A stretch of 64,000 bases of DNA, from positions 258,416,001 through 258,480,000 of the forward strand of contig OZ024743.1 in assembly GCA_964016885.1 (NCBI GenBank). Direction: 5' to 3'. Shown one piece after another: positions 63,801 to 64,000 of the stretch; the first letter of the stretch is position 1; each line of letters starts with the position of its first letter. A program made the position numbers and the translations under genes. Source of the DNA: Eledone cirrhosa. Taxonomy: Eukaryota. The notes below the pieces were generated by a model. It did no database searches. It was given only the letters and a program-made list of their open reading frames with translations, and was not told the origin of the DNA.

Positions 63801-64000
63801 TGTCATCACTATTACCATTGTCATCACTATTATCATTGTCATCACTATTACCATTGTCATCACTATTATCATTGTCATCACTGTCATCATTGTCATCACT
63901 ATTACCATTGTCATCACTATTATCATTGTCATCACTATTACCATTGTCATCACTATTATCATCGTCATCACTATTACCATTGTCATCACTATTACCATTG

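Larger units (their letters stand above)
1..64000. repeat. Tandem satellite array of an 18-bp monomer, consensus CATTGTCATCACTATTAY, ~3,550 copies, head-to-tail, extending beyond both window ends
   Basis: Seen directly: every line consists of CAT(T/C)GTCATCACTATTA(C/T) or a 1-2-change variant. No non-repeat spacer and no reverse-complement copy seen. Monomer GC is 5-6 of 18, with only one G per monomer on the + strand. Confidence 0.99.
26251..64000. repeat. Satellite sub-family domain R (right)
   Basis: Variants I find only here: GTCATCGCT (first ~28892), TATGGTCGTCATGACTATTAACTTTG, GTCAGCAC, GTCATAACT, TACCAGTC, CACTGTCATC, TACCCTTG, TATCAGTTTC. Confidence 0.85.
31300..64000. repeat. Domain R variable-length higher-order unit, 6 copies, spacings 5898, 5054, 7300, 2912 and 7318 bp
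   Basis: Equivalent 16-mer landmark at 31503, 37401, 42455, 49755, 52667 and 59985, each followed by GTCAGCAC, ACCAATGTC and TATGGTCGTCATGACTATTAACTTTG (~32149, 38047, 43101, 50401, 53313, 60631). Confidence 0.9.

Noticed and set aside
110-63998. Hundreds of long ORFs (up to 1,576 aa) on both strands
   Set aside because: They overlap in five frames, consist only of hexapeptide repeats, switch repeat type at each 2-bp deletion and have no unique domain, signal peptide or terminus. This is a direct consequence of the stop-free monomer.
1-64000. CRISPR array, iterons or other prokaryotic repeat locus
   Set aside because: No unique spacers, no cas or rep genes, and copy number is orders of magnitude above such elements.
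1-64000. Telomerase-synthesised telomeric repeat (strand-asymmetric, length within the range of long yeast telomere units)
   Set aside because: No G-runs beyond GG and no match to a telomere motif I know. Rare variants are inherited in multi-kb blocks, which indicates recombinational copying rather than templated addition. A subtelomeric location cannot be excluded.
1-64000. C/T monomer string as an information-bearing code or synthetic DNA storage
   Set aside because: The pattern is explained by nested duplication with mutation. No framing, index or primer structure is present.

Overview
The whole 64 kb is one uninterrupted, single-orientation tandem array (satellite DNA) of an 18-bp monomer, consensus CATTGTCATCACTATTAY (minus strand RTAATAGTGATGACAATG), about 3,550 copies. 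It runs off both ends of the window. I see no unique sequence, gene, RNA gene, transposon insertion, CRISPR spacer or inversion. All ORFs in the track are by-products of a monomer that is stop-free in 5 of 6 frames. The real information is in the variant pattern. The monomer is six YRY triplets, arranged as two related 9-mers. Two common C/T sites and a recurrent 16-bp deletion monomer form a readable variant code, and rare variants reveal nested higher-order duplications (72 bp, 216 bp, 2,374 bp, ~2.7-3 kb, 5-7.3 kb, ~9.3 kb, ~10.2 kb). Two sub-family domains meet near 26.3 kb. There is one apparent gene-conversion patch, and several variants perfect local palindromes. This looks like an actively expanding eukaryotic heterochromatic or centromere-type satellite (inference). 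I cannot identify the organism or match a named satellite from memory. I find no support for a novel protein-coding system. Duplication boundaries are approximate (within one to a few monomers).
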